From: the human T2T-CHM13v2.0 reference genome, Homo sapiens
Assembly (NCBI RefSeq): GCF_009914755.1
Contig: NC_060929.1
Length of the DNA stretch: 64,000 nucleotides
Strand: one strand, 5' to 3'
Below the pieces are notes generated by a model. It worked only from the letters and a program-made list of their open reading frames with translations, was not told the DNA's origin and made no database searches. The first letter of the stretch is position 1, and every line of letters starts with the position of its first letter. Positions 62,810 to 64,000 of this stretch are shown in pieces. The translations under genes and the position numbers were made by a program.

Positions 62810-64000
62810 CAGATTTTTAAAAATTGTTTTTGTCAGTTTTGGTCCCTTAACTCTTCCTTCTTGATTTCTGTTGACAATCATAGAAACAACTACCGAGGCT
62901 GCCTCTAGAAATATTCAGAGGCTTCCAAGCTCCTCTTTGGGAAACACTGATTGGCAGAACTGGCTCTCAACAGCATTTATGAGAAAGGGTTTTGCTGTTC
63001 CCCCTGCTGTGTTTCCCAGCATCTGTTCATTCTTACTGCTTCCCCACCCCAGATTTCCCGGGGCACAGCTCTTAGCCTCCACGTCCCTTCACCTCAAAAT
63101 GCAGCAGTCCATCTTCTATTCCCTGTCTGAATCATTCCGCTAAATTAACCTGATAAACCAATCTGCATTGATTTGTGGTGCTGGGTAGAAAGTGGGCTTC
63201 TGTCTTGCTGCTTCTCCTTGATATGTTTGCATTTTAAAGGGAATTTTAAGCAGTCCCCACTCATACAAATAACTGACTTTAATATGGAAATAAAATATCT
63301 CATTCAGAGCAGGTATAGGGAGGCTAAAGTCAGCTCATGCATGTGAAAAATAATAAAGCCCTCGATAGATTTAAAGAGTGATTGTTTTTATTTCTCTCAC
63401 GGGCAAGCAAAGGAGGGAGCTCTTCGCTCAGTTGCTTCTTAGGCCCCTTAAGGTACATCATTTAGGTGCTGCCTATTTCAGCACAGGGAGCTGGGATTAT
63501 AGGTGCTGCTCTAATTCCAGGAAAACTGCTATGGCAGGAAAATTAAAACAAGGAGGGAAGATAGAACCCAAGATATATGCCTAGAGACTTCATACATAAG
63601 TGTGGGAAAGAGGTTTGAGATAATCAGCATGGTTTTCTAGCATGAATTATTATGGATACAAAAGTGATCACCCAGGCAGCGTGTGAGAAGGGAGGAAGAC
63701 TTGCTGCCTCCTCAGCCTGGTTCCTAGAATGATTATGCAGGGAGCTTACCTGAGTTCTGAGAAGGGAGGAGGACTCTGATTGGAATCCTGGGAAGCAACT
63801 ATATGTAAGAATCAGGCCAGAGAAGAGCAGCTTGCAAGGGACATGTTCAGAGGGGTGGGAAGAAAAGCAGGAAGTAACACCACTACCAAAATCACCTATC
63901 ATTTATTGGCACTTTCTGTGTTAATCTTTTCATATGCATTTTTCTCCTAGTTATCACAGCAACCCTGTGAGATAGGAATTATGATCTCTCTTAAACAGAC

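Overview
This is AT-rich primate genomic DNA, almost certainly human: it carries the human-specific AluYb8 and L1HS-Ta elements. It is dominated by interspersed repeats, and I can support no host protein-coding exon, RNA gene or CRISPR array. The main feature is a full-length L1HS (Ta-0 type, +, 54566-60669) with uninterrupted ORF1, ORF2 and antisense ORF0, a TSD and a 36-nt 3' transduction tag. It has substitutions at two sensitive positions, ORF2 P665L in the RT QGxPLSP motif and ORF1 P28L. It lies head-to-head with a full-length but dead L1PA4-like element (-, 41965-48397) that still has the ~129-bp ZNF93-binding 5'UTR segment. Between the two is a 5'-truncated MER41/MER4-group provirus that starts at a tRNA-like A-box/B-box segment and ends in a GAS-bearing LTR 1.4 kb upstream of the L1HS promoter. 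Also present are a solo MER41B LTR with both STAT1 GAS motifs, MER51/THE1/MLT LTRs, 13 Alus, a twin-primed L1MA, a probable Gypsy integrase relic and three fold-back/templated-insertion scars. I see no evidence of a wholly new biological system. Subfamily calls come from remembered consensus diagnostics, not a database search, and boundaries of old repeats are approximate.
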